Source of the DNA: a bacterium
Lineage (GTDB): Bacteria > Patescibacteriota > Minisyncoccia > Phycocordibacterales > UBA5272
Assembly: GCA_023267535.1 (NCBI GenBank)
Contig: JAHFNC010000005.1
Location: 1-53,926, forward strand
Direction of reading: 5' to 3'
Length of the DNA stretch: 53,926 nt
The translations under genes and the position numbers were made by a program. The notes beneath the pieces are model-generated. The model did no database searches. It was not told where the DNA came from and saw nothing but the letters and a program-made list of their open reading frames with translations. Below are positions 18,246 to 27,090 of the stretch, in pieces (the stretch's first letter is position 1; each line of letters opens with the position of its first letter).

Positions 18246-18845
18246 TTATTCTAAAATACCGTCTAGATTCACATCGTAAAGTATTTCGTCTTGAATTAAG
18301 CGGTAAGTTAGTATTTCGTTTTCATTAAACCAAATCGGTATTTCGTAATCAGCTTCAGATGGATTATCTGTACAGTGAATTAAATTTCTAACAGCACGGC
18401 CATCTATATCACAAATGTTATATGTATCAATGGTGAAGTCTCCGCGAATTGTTCCAACATCTGATGTTGCTGGTTCAGTTCCACCAACTAATTTCTTTAC
18501 AATAGTGACAGATGAATTTCCTTCAACAATAAATCCAACAACTGGACCAACAGTCATATACTTCACAAGTGCACGGATAATATCTTTTCCGTATTCAATC
18601 GCTTCTTTCTCAACTGGCATTCCAAGAGCTTTACGAGACTCAACTGCTCTTTCCCCTTTTTTTGTAAACCAAGCATCGTCTTTGTTGTAATGTTTCCAAC
18701 ATTGATCTTCAGTTGGGACAAACATCTTAAGACCGATAATCTTTAAACCGGTTCTTTCAATTCTTTTTATAATTTCACCAATCAAGGAGCGTTGTACTCC
18801 GTCTGGCTTTATCATTACATATGTGCGTTCTTTTTTTGGATGCAT
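18246..18845 (-). CDS. ndk: Nucleoside diphosphate kinase (extended form)
   Basis: YVMIKPDGVQR and the NLIHCTD active-site His; 199 aa, longer than the usual ~140 aa. Confidence 0.85.
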   Translation of the reverse strand: MHPKKERTYVMIKPDGVQRSLIGEIIKRIERTGLKIIGLKMFVPTEDQCWKHYNKDDAWFTKKGERAVESRKALGMPVEKEAIEYGKDIIRALVKYMTVGPVVGFIVEGNSSVTIVKKLVGGTEPATSDVGTIRGDFTIDTYNICDIDGRAVRNLIHCTDNPSEADYEIPIWFNENEILTYRLIQDEILYDVNLDGILE

Positions 18846-18856
18846 ACTTTATATTT

Positions 18857-19060
18857 TTAGCGGGATACATATGGAAGTAATCCCATAAAACGAGAGCGCT
18901 TTATAGCGTTAGCTAAAGCTCTTTGATTCTTAGCAGTAAGACCAGTCTTACGGCGAGATAAAATACGAGCGTGTGGATTTAAGAACTTAGCAAGAACTTC
19001 AGTGTCCTTGTAGTCAATAAATTTTACATTGTTTTGGTTAAAATAATCTTGTTTTTTCAT
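18857..19060 (-). CDS. rpsR: 30S ribosomal protein S18
   Basis: IDYKD..LKFLNP..ILSRRKTGLTAKNQR. Confidence 0.92.
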   Translation of the reverse strand: MKKQDYFNQNNVKFIDYKDTEVLAKFLNPHARILSRRKTGLTAKNQRALANAIKRSRFMGLLPYVSR

Positions 19061-19094
19061 AAATTTTAATAGTTAATATTCTAATGTGTTTTAT

Positions 19095-19216
19095 AAACTG
19101 GCAATAGTGCTGTATATGCGAGGCAGAGAAACTTTTTTCGACTAAGGTGTACAAATCGTACATCGCTGGAGAAAAAAGTTTTTCTAACGAAGTAGATGCA
19201 GTGCTAGTGACTGTTT
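19095..19216 (+). repeat. Three-tier hairpin repeat, copy R3
   Basis: Outer stem aaactggcaatagtgctg/cagtgctagtgactgttt; inner stem cagagaaactttttt/aaaaaagtttttctaa; apical tgtac-aaatc-gtaca. Shares the motifs (g)aggca and taacgaagtagatg with R1/R2. Confidence 0.7.
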
Positions 19217-19676
19217 AAAAAGGGATGTCTTCTACGTTGACATCAGTATCTCCATAATCAATCGTATCCAAATCACTTGCTGAAGAAGCTTTCGCTGGCG
19301 CTTGTGCTACCTGACCTCCTAAATCACCTTGTGATTGGAAACCGGCTGACTTTGGACCAAACTGAACTGACTCGGCAATAATTTCTGTGCGGTATTTTTT
19401 TCCTCCTCCGTTTGGATCATCCCAAGAACGAGTTTGAATTCTTCCCTCAATCATTACACCCTGCCCTTTCTTTAAATACTGAGCAGATGTTTCTGCTTGG
19501 CGACCGAAGATGACAATATTGTGGAATTCGGTTTGCTCTTGCTTGTTACCGGCTTGATCCTTATAAACACGATTAGTTGCTAAAGAAAACTGTGTAACTT
19601 TTGACCCAGAAGGAAGTGATTTCATTTCTGGTTCGCGAGTTAGATTTCCAAAAAGAAAAATTTTGTTTAGATACAT
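19215..19676 (-). CDS. ssb: Single-stranded DNA-binding protein
   Basis: OB fold (LFGNLTREPE...FHNIVIFGRQAE), G/Q-rich linker, acidic tail ending DIPF. Confidence 0.92.
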   Translation of the reverse strand: MYLNKIFLFGNLTREPEMKSLPSGSKVTQFSLATNRVYKDQAGNKQEQTEFHNIVIFGRQAETSAQYLKKGQGVMIEGRIQTRSWDDPNGGGKKYRTEIIAESVQFGPKSAGFQSQGDLGGQVAQAPAKASSASDLDTIDYGDTDVNVEDIPF

Positions 19677-19682
19677 ACTTCT

Positions 19683-20207
19683 TTATTTTACTTCTTCTTT
19701 TATTTCTTCGCTAGTAATAACATCTTCGATGACCCCATTATCGACTCCTTCATCTTCTAATGTTGTATCAATGTCCGTAAAGTCGGTTTCATTGTCTTTT
19801 AAGTCTTCTATCTTGATAATAGGAGCCTTTCTTGTAAAGACAGTGTTATCTTTTGATGTTTTTACCACCAAAAAACGAACAACTTGTTCATCTAGTTTTA
19901 GAGACTTTTCAATCTCTTTGATTTTAGCACCGTCAATCTCAAATTTAATCCATCCGAGATATCCTTCATTAAAACGAACGTTAATATTATTTTGGACGCG
20001 TATCATTTCGTAAGCAAGTTCACGCATATACGGAACTTCTTCAGAAATGAAGCTACCTCCTAGGGTAGCAATGGATTGCTTAAGTGCGTCTGCCTTCTTA
20101 AGCGCCGAATCTAGTTCAATTTTGTTATCAAAAATGAACGAAACTTCATAAATTCGGCTATCCACTGTGGTTTCATTATTTTCTGTCATAGGGTTATAAT
20201 CTAACAC
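19683..20207 (-). CDS. rpsF: 30S ribosomal protein S6 with acidic C-terminal extension
   Basis: RIYEVSFIF...; position in the rpsF-ssb-rpsR operon. Confidence 0.8.
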   Translation of the reverse strand: MLDYNPMTENNETTVDSRIYEVSFIFDNKIELDSALKKADALKQSIATLGGSFISEEVPYMRELAYEMIRVQNNINVRFNEGYLGWIKFEIDGAKIKEIEKSLKLDEQVVRFLVVKTSKDNTVFTRKAPIIKIEDLKDNETDFTDIDTTLEDEGVDNGVIEDVITSEEIKEEVK

Positions 20208-20263
20208 ATTTTAAGTAAAAAGAAAAGATTGGCCTAATTAACCTTCCCTTAGCTAGGGACAAT

Positions 20264-21151
20264 CTAAATCCCAAAAACTCTCTTACAATTTTCTCTTAAT
20301 TCTTCCATTACTTCTTGCTCGCCGTACTCACGAATCAAAGCTATTCTTCTAACAACTTCCTCTACATAAAAGGGATTATTTCTTTTCCCACGAAATGGGA
20401 CTGGGGTGGCGTACGGACTATCAGTTTCAGCGTGTATCATATTGAGTGGCACAAAATGCACAACATCGTCGTAGTCTTTTGTAAAAGTTATAACTCCAGA
20501 GAAGCTCATTGTGAATCCAATATTTAAAAATCTTTCGGCAATTGAAATATCGCCAGCGAAAAAATGAGCGTTGCCTTTCAATTTGCCTGCCTCGCCGGCA
20601 GGCGGGTCTCCGTAAGTTTTGTGATACTTTTCTAAAATCTCAAGCATGTCTTCATAGGCATCATAAGAATTGTTTGTCCCCCTGCCGTGGAGCATTAAAG
20701 GCTTTCCAATTTTTATTGAAAGTAAAATATGTTTTATAAAAAGCGATTTTTGTTTAGCTTTCTCTTCCTCAATATTTTCTTTTAGTCTAAAATAATCTAG
20801 ACCACACTCACCAATAGCTACAACTTTTTTTTCTCTAGCTAATTCTTCAAATAACTTTTCATCCCAGCCAGAGGCTGGTACACCTTCGGCAGAAACTTTT
20901 CCTATATCGTTTGGATGTATTCCAACACAAGCAAAAATATTTTCATGTTTATTGGCAAGTTCTATTGCCTTTTTTGAGTCTTCATAATCTGTTCCGACAA
21001 CAATGGTCGCCACCCCCCTTTCTTTCATTTTAGAAATCACCTCTTCACGGTCATTGTCATAGTCTTTGAAGTGTAAATGCGAATGTATATCAATGTAATT
21101 AAACATAGTAATTGATTCTGGTTTTGGTTCTGGTAAACTTTTTAGGGACAT
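20264..21151 (-). CDS. TatD family metal-dependent hydrolase
   Basis: IDIHSHL, GECGLDY, HAETDSP. The true start may be the internal MFNYIDIHSH. Confidence 0.85.
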   Translation of the reverse strand: MSLKSLPEPKPESITMFNYIDIHSHLHFKDYDNDREEVISKMKERGVATIVVGTDYEDSKKAIELANKHENIFACVGIHPNDIGKVSAEGVPASGWDEKLFEELAREKKVVAIGECGLDYFRLKENIEEEKAKQKSLFIKHILLSIKIGKPLMLHGRGTNNSYDAYEDMLEILEKYHKTYGDPPAGEAGKLKGNAHFFAGDISIAERFLNIGFTMSFSGVITFTKDYDDVVHFVPLNMIHAETDSPYATPVPFRGKRNNPFYVEEVVRRIALIREYGEQEVMEELRENCKRVFGI

Positions 21152-21160
21152 GATATCTAT

Positions 21161-21979
21161 TTAAAAATTGAAATAACCAAAGATTAGAGACTTTCTAATT
21201 TTATCATTTTTTATTAAAAATAGTATCTTAAGCAATGACCATAAAGATAGCTCCTGTAAATAAATATCCTTACAGTCAGTTATGGTTAAACGAAATTCTT
21301 TACCATAAGACTCGTACAAGACATTACTTACTTCTTCAATACACAAATCCCTGTTGGATGAAATACCACCACCTAAAGAACACAATACCACTTCTGGTAT
21401 ATGTACTCCCTTTTTGTTGCTTAAAAGCATCTTTAGTATAAATTTATAATCCGATGCTATTTTATACTTTTCATCAAAAAATCCAATATCTTCAAAGATG
21501 GACTTCTTAATAATCATGGTCTGATGTCTAAACGGCATTCTAAAAAATGCGACCTTTTCTTCACCTTTTTTCACTATATCTTTTTCATCATTTTTTCTTG
21601 ATTTAATAATTCTATCCGCATGAGAAAAATCGACGTTATTACCTCTAATAATACTTATAGACCTTTCAAAGAAAGATAGGTCTATAAGATAATCGTCTGT
21701 ATTCATAATATTTATAAATTCACCCTTAGCTAATTTGAGTCCTTTATTTAAAGCACTATATATACCACTATCTTTTTCTGAAATAAGACAATTAATCCAT
21801 CCTTTTTCTTCATATTTTTTTAACAATTCAAAAGTTCCATCAACTGAACCAGCGTCAACAATAATGTGTTCTATTTCCTTATATGACTGCCCATGTATAC
21901 TGTTCATCATTTTATGAAAATAATCTTCTCTTGAGGCGTCAGAACAAACATTCAAGCAAGGAGTTATAACAGTAATCAT
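21161..21979 (-). CDS. Glycosyltransferase family 2
   Basis: ITVITPCLN, VDAGSVDGT, NTDD (DxD). Confidence 0.8.
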   Translation of the reverse strand: MITVITPCLNVCSDASREDYFHKMMNSIHGQSYKEIEHIIVDAGSVDGTFELLKKYEEKGWINCLISEKDSGIYSALNKGLKLAKGEFINIMNTDDYLIDLSFFERSISIIRGNNVDFSHADRIIKSRKNDEKDIVKKGEEKVAFFRMPFRHQTMIIKKSIFEDIGFFDEKYKIASDYKFILKMLLSNKKGVHIPEVVLCSLGGGISSNRDLCIEEVSNVLYESYGKEFRLTITDCKDIYLQELSLWSLLKILFLIKNDKIRKSLIFGYFNF

Positions 21980-21991
21980 AAAACAAGCATC

Positions 21992-23491
21992 TTATTGTAA
22001 ACGATTAAACAACGGTTTTTCTGGCATTTTATTTTCACGAATGCATTCCAGAATCTTGTCTGAGGTTTTTGGTAGAAAAGGTTCTATCGTAACCGAAATC
22101 TGTAACAAACTATGCAAAATACCTTTCAGTAAACTTTTTGCTTCATTCTCGTTAGTCTTTATTAGTTTAAACGGCTCTTTCTTTTGTATTAGTAAATCAA
22201 TATCACTAACCGAAAACATTATACTTTGTAGTGCTTTGTTTAAATTAAAACTTTCTATATCATTATACAAAGAAACTGTCCCCATTTTTTCCGTATTCTT
22301 TATTGTGTTTATAGATGATTCGCTGACATCAATGGACACCCCGTAACTCGTTGCCATTTTCATTACTCTACTTGTGAGATTTCCAATTCCATTTGCTAAA
22401 TTAGATTGATAACTTTGTTTAATACTCTCTATAGAAATTCCACCATCTTCAAAAGAAGAAATATCGTGGAGCAAAACAAATCTTAAAACATCTTCCGGAT
22501 AATCGGTAACGTCTTTAAACATTTCAATCACTTCAAACGGATTAATAACATTGCCAAGTGATTTACTCATCTTTATTCCGTCAGTTCCAGTTATAAATCC
22601 ATTGATAATAATGTTGGTAGAAAGCGGAAGCCCTGCTGACATAAGCATTGCTTGCCACATCGCTGATTGCTGACGGAGATTATCTTTTCCACAATACTGC
22701 ACCACTTCTCTTTTTTCTGCACCAATTTGTTCCCAATATTTTTTGTAATTATCTCCATTTGGCCAATCGAGTGTAGAAATGTAATTAGTTAAAGCATCAA
22801 ACCAAACATACATCACATGAGCTTCATCATTTGGCACAGGAATACCCCACGGCATTTTTTCTTTAAGTCGTGAGACAGAAAAATCTTCAAGACCACGCTC
22901 TAGAAAACTTTTAATTTCGTTAAAACGAAAATCGGGAATTACAAAATTTTTATTTTCATTATAATAATCAAGCAATGGTTTTTGATATTTAGAAAACTTG
23001 AAAAAATAATTTTCTTCTTCTCTTATTTCAATTTCTCTGTCGGGATGAAGTTCGCATCTACCGTTCACTAGTTCGCTATCTGTTTTTTCAAGCTCACAAC
23101 CAACGCAATATTTTATTTTATATTCTTTTTTATAAATATCCCCTTTCTCTAGACATTTGTTCCAAATTTCTACACAAGCTTTAATATGTTTTTCATCAGT
23201 AGTGCGAATAAAATGCACGTCGTCGCTTATATTTAAAAGAGATAGTAGATCCTTAAAATTCTTAGCTGATTTATCTACGAATTCCTGAGGAGTAATTCCA
23301 GCTTTAACTGCATTTTCATAAATCTTTGCTCCATGCTCATCAGTTCCAGTATTAAAAAATACATCATAACCTAATGATTTCTTATATCTAGCAATAACAT
23401 CCGCCCTAATTATTTCCATAGCAAAACCAATGTGAGGTTCGGAATTCACATAAGGAAGTGTCGTGGTTATGTAAAATGGCTTATCCTGCAT
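21992..23491 (-). CDS. metG: Methionyl-tRNA synthetase
   Basis: PYVNSEPHIGF (HIGH-type), CxxC knuckles, KMSKSLGN. Confidence 0.93.
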   Translation of the reverse strand: MQDKPFYITTTLPYVNSEPHIGFAMEIIRADVIARYKKSLGYDVFFNTGTDEHGAKIYENAVKAGITPQEFVDKSAKNFKDLLSLLNISDDVHFIRTTDEKHIKACVEIWNKCLEKGDIYKKEYKIKYCVGCELEKTDSELVNGRCELHPDREIEIREEENYFFKFSKYQKPLLDYYNENKNFVIPDFRFNEIKSFLERGLEDFSVSRLKEKMPWGIPVPNDEAHVMYVWFDALTNYISTLDWPNGDNYKKYWEQIGAEKREVVQYCGKDNLRQQSAMWQAMLMSAGLPLSTNIIINGFITGTDGIKMSKSLGNVINPFEVIEMFKDVTDYPEDVLRFVLLHDISSFEDGGISIESIKQSYQSNLANGIGNLTSRVMKMATSYGVSIDVSESSINTIKNTEKMGTVSLYNDIESFNLNKALQSIMFSVSDIDLLIQKKEPFKLIKTNENEAKSLLKGILHSLLQISVTIEPFLPKTSDKILECIRENKMPEKPLFNRLQ

Positions 23492-24530
23492 GCGCTTTTC
23501 TTTTTTCTACATCGGCAACAATTTCCATAATAACTGAAGCCATAGGAACAGCAAGTAACACTCCCCAAAGACCAGCTAACTTAGCACCGATAACTAAAGA
23601 TATAATCACAACCACCGCAGGAACACCAACTAATTTATTCATAACACTAGGATAAAGCACGTGACTTTCAAACTGACTTATAATTACATAAATTATGACA
23701 ACTATCCAAAGTAAAGATGTCCCTCCGTGAACCCACGCAACGAAAAACGCGGGAACCATAGCGAGAGTTAGTCCAACCATTGGAACAAGTTCACCAAAGA
23801 AAGCTAAAACTGCAATCAGTGCTGCGTAAGGAAGTCCTAAAATCAAATTCGGAATATAAACGAGTAAAGCCACCAAAAAAGAAAGCAGGAATTGACCTTG
23901 CAACCAGAGTGAAATTTTTCTTTGAGAACGATCCCAGAGGTCTTCAATGTAACTCTCGTAAACTTTCGGGAAAACTAATCTCAAAAACTTCTTAACTCCA
24001 CCATCTTGTAAAGATAAATAAAATGACAAAACAAAAGTAAGAATGACATTTAATATACTAGACAAAACAAAAGAAGTTGTAGTGAAGAAACTACTTGAAC
24101 CAAAAATCATATCTTTTATAACGGTAAGAATCTGACCTTTGGATATTGTTTTTGCCAAATCCATCATAGATGTAGACAAATCTTTGAAGCCCATATCTTT
24201 TCCAAAAATCTGAACTGAATTAAGAAGTTGTGGTAATGATGCGATAAATTTCGCAATATCATCAGCCATTGGTGGAATGAATAGAAAAGCAGCCGAGGCC
24301 ACTGAAGCAATAAGTAGGATAAAAATCAAAGGAACAGAAAGCCATCTAGGAATTTTAAATTTTGATAAAAATTTAACTGGTATTTCGACAGCGGAAGCAA
24401 GAACTACCGCAACTAAAAGTGCTACTACCACTTCTCTGGCATAATAAAGTATGGCAAAGAGTGCAATAAAAAATGCGGTTTTTATAATCGTCCCAGAAGA
24501 TATAGAAATATTGATATTATTATCTTTCAT
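23481..24530 (-). CDS. AI-2E/PerM family transporter
   Basis: 8-TM profile and ELVPMVG-type motif. Start set at MKDNNIN; overlaps the metG start by 11 nt. Confidence 0.8.
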   Translation of the reverse strand: MKDNNINISISSGTIIKTAFFIALFAILYYAREVVVALLVAVVLASAVEIPVKFLSKFKIPRWLSVPLIFILLIASVASAAFLFIPPMADDIAKFIASLPQLLNSVQIFGKDMGFKDLSTSMMDLAKTISKGQILTVIKDMIFGSSSFFTTTSFVLSSILNVILTFVLSFYLSLQDGGVKKFLRLVFPKVYESYIEDLWDRSQRKISLWLQGQFLLSFLVALLVYIPNLILGLPYAALIAVLAFFGELVPMVGLTLAMVPAFFVAWVHGGTSLLWIVVIIYVIISQFESHVLYPSVMNKLVGVPAVVVIISLVIGAKLAGLWGVLLAVPMASVIMEIVADVEKRKAHAG

Positions 24531-24578
24531 AAAGGCATAATAACACAAAAAAACCAATCAGTTTAGTGTGGGTTAGGT

Positions 24579-26468
24579 TTATTGAGATGACACAGTATTT
24601 GCTCCAATCTGCCAATCTTCTTTGTAAATGACAGTATTTAATGGAGACAATGTAGTTTTTACATGAGCCTGTGTAGTGACCTCATCGGCCTCAAGAGCAA
24701 TAGATGATGTTAAGTTAGGAGAAGACGCAACCTGACTAACTGAAGGTCTCACGGAAACTTGTATATCAATACTCTTAGATGTCCCTGCTCCAACATCACC
24801 AACACTCCAAATGACTATTTTATTTTTTTCATCATAAACAACTTTTTGATTATTAGAAAATACATTCATCCAAGATACGTAGTAAGGTAATATAAATGTT
24901 ACTCTTCCGTTAGTTATCGCATTTTGAGCAGAGGCAATAATGTGTAATGTATAAGTTGTATCTTTATTTGGCACCGGAGGAATAGGTCCGCTATTTTTGA
25001 AAGGAGAATTTGTATAACTAACCCAGCCATTTATATTAGCCGTTCCTAGTACGTTCCAAGATTTTGATAGGCTGGCGGTTACATCATCATTACCAGAACC
25101 ATTAGCAATTCCAGTTACATCTAATTTAAGTGCCGGAGAACTATTTCCTTTGGAAACAACAGGAACATAAAATCTAAGTGTTCCCTGCCCACCTAAACCA
25201 ATAGAACTAAGTTCGGGATTGGTTATGTGATCCCAAGTAATAGTCTGTTTTGAAGAATCAAAGTATCCACCGTCTGCGGTTATAGAATCGGCAATTGGAG
25301 CATCACCATAAATGTGAGCCACAATTTTTAAATTAGTTAAAGTACTACTAGCGTTGTTTGAATAATTTATAACTAAAGTAGGTTTGTCTCCATACTTTAA
25401 TGAATTGGTTCCGCCGCTTCCAGAATCAAGCGATACAGAAAGTGAAAGTGGAGTCTTTTTAAGAGTTATATCTTTTGAATAAGAAGAATAAACAACCCCG
25501 ATTTCGTTGGCGCTAGAAGACATAGAGCCCGAAAGAGCTTTGATAGTCATATTTTCACCAGTGTTACCATCAAATGAACCAGAAAAAGAAATTGTTATTT
25601 TTTGACCTAACTGCAAATTATCAATCTGCCAAACATTGTTTCTATTAATTGGTTTTGGATTTACACTTGTTAAATTAAAGTTAGTAGGAAAGGAAAGCGA
25701 AACCAAAAAAGAATCAGTTGTCGTAGAAGTATTATTTTGTATCGTTAATTTATAATCTCCGTTCTGTCCTTGAGATAAAGTATCCGGGCCGTCTATAGAA
25801 AGTGATACTGGCGGAGTTTTTAATATGGTTGTAATGATAGAAGTTTTGCTAAAAGTGGCGCTTGCTCCAGCAATTTGATATTCAAGCTTGGCGGAAATAT
25901 TTCTAACATCAGCTTCGGCACCGTATAACTGAACTTGGAAATTATTTTTTTGATAATCATTAGCTGTTATTTGTCCAATTTCCCTTTTATCAAAAATCAT
26001 TTGATTTTGGTCTTGAGCCCCGATACCCTTATTGTAAGAAATTGTTAAAACCGCGTTTTGCAAAGTAGCATTATTTCTATTATGAATATCAACACTTAAA
26101 TCAGTTATTTCTCCTCCCTCAACATAAGGTTTTATATTGGTAACCAAATCTATGTTATCGCTAGACACCACACTTCTATAAGAAATCATTCTCCATCCAG
26201 TATAAAAAAGTGCAATAATTAATAAAAAAACAGAGATGAAAAAAACTTTCATTCCAAAACTTACTCCAGTGCTTTTTAAATTTCTGTTAAGAAAAATATC
26301 CGGCGTACTATCAGCCCACGATTTTGGTAAATCATAAGCCTTATCTTTTCTTATTTCGTGAATCTTTACATCTTCTTGTTTACCTTTTCTGCTATAGAGA
26401 CTATTCTCTAAATCATCAACTCTATGAAGTTCACCTCTTTTGTTTGATTCTTCGGGATTGTTATCCAT
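24579..26468 (-). CDS. Large N-terminally anchored extracellular beta-rich protein (hypothetical)
   Basis: One TM near residue 75, then S/T/N/G-rich segments consistent with repeated beta-sandwich-like units; no catalytic motif. Confidence 0.6.
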   Translation of the reverse strand: MDNNPEESNKRGELHRVDDLENSLYSRKGKQEDVKIHEIRKDKAYDLPKSWADSTPDIFLNRNLKSTGVSFGMKVFFISVFLLIIALFYTGWRMISYRSVVSSDNIDLVTNIKPYVEGGEITDLSVDIHNRNNATLQNAVLTISYNKGIGAQDQNQMIFDKREIGQITANDYQKNNFQVQLYGAEADVRNISAKLEYQIAGASATFSKTSIITTILKTPPVSLSIDGPDTLSQGQNGDYKLTIQNNTSTTTDSFLVSLSFPTNFNLTSVNPKPINRNNVWQIDNLQLGQKITISFSGSFDGNTGENMTIKALSGSMSSSANEIGVVYSSYSKDITLKKTPLSLSVSLDSGSGGTNSLKYGDKPTLVINYSNNASSTLTNLKIVAHIYGDAPIADSITADGGYFDSSKQTITWDHITNPELSSIGLGGQGTLRFYVPVVSKGNSSPALKLDVTGIANGSGNDDVTASLSKSWNVLGTANINGWVSYTNSPFKNSGPIPPVPNKDTTYTLHIIASAQNAITNGRVTFILPYYVSWMNVFSNNQKVVYDEKNKIVIWSVGDVGAGTSKSIDIQVSVRPSVSQVASSPNLTSSIALEADEVTTQAHVKTTLSPLNTVIYKEDWQIGANTVSSQ

Positions 26469-26514
26469 ATTACAATTATAACACTTTTATATTTTGTCGA
26501 TACACAACTGAAAA

Positions 26515-27069
26515 CTAAAATTGCATTTCTTTTAATACGCTATGTAAGTGGGACTTTACCGCACTAAAGTTAAGAAGTAAATGTGTATATAAATCATCCA
26601 CTGAAAAAGAAACATACTCTTTTAACGATTTTGCTCCAATAACATTGGCATCTGCAAATCCAAGATCAACCAAGATAATATAATAAAGTAAAATTTTTGT
26701 TTTATTTTTATCAAAAGAATCTTTTTTATCGTCTATTTCTAAAATCTTATCAAAAAGTTTTTTATAAGCCCCTTCTCCACGAACAAATCTTTCAAGCAAT
26801 ACAGCAGTTTCAGAAAGAAAATCTGATTTTTTAGAAACACTTTCAGCACCAGTCAATCGCCAGACCTCGCGACCTTTAACTATTGTGATTAATGATTTCC
26901 TACCAACTAATAAATGTGACCGTAATTTACTTTCTAGTTTCCTAATACTTTTAGCGTGAACAAAAATCATTCCATAATCTCTAGTGAAAAATTTATAGAC
27001 TCTATCATTTTCTCCATTATCAAAATAATTTATAACAATACTTTCAGTTGTGTGTTTTTCAATCGCCAT
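26515..27069 (-). CDS. recO: DNA repair protein RecO (short form)
   Basis: N-terminal OB region resembles RecO (..NDRVYKFFTRDYGMIFVHAKSIRKLESKL...); 184 aa. Confidence 0.6.
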   Translation of the reverse strand: MAIEKHTTESIVINYFDNGENDRVYKFFTRDYGMIFVHAKSIRKLESKLRSHLLVGRKSLITIVKGREVWRLTGAESVSKKSDFLSETAVLLERFVRGEGAYKKLFDKILEIDDKKDSFDKNKTKILLYYIILVDLGFADANVIGAKSLKEYVSFSVDDLYTHLLLNFSAVKSHLHSVLKEMQF

Positions 27070-27090
27070 AATCTGTAATCAATATCAAAT

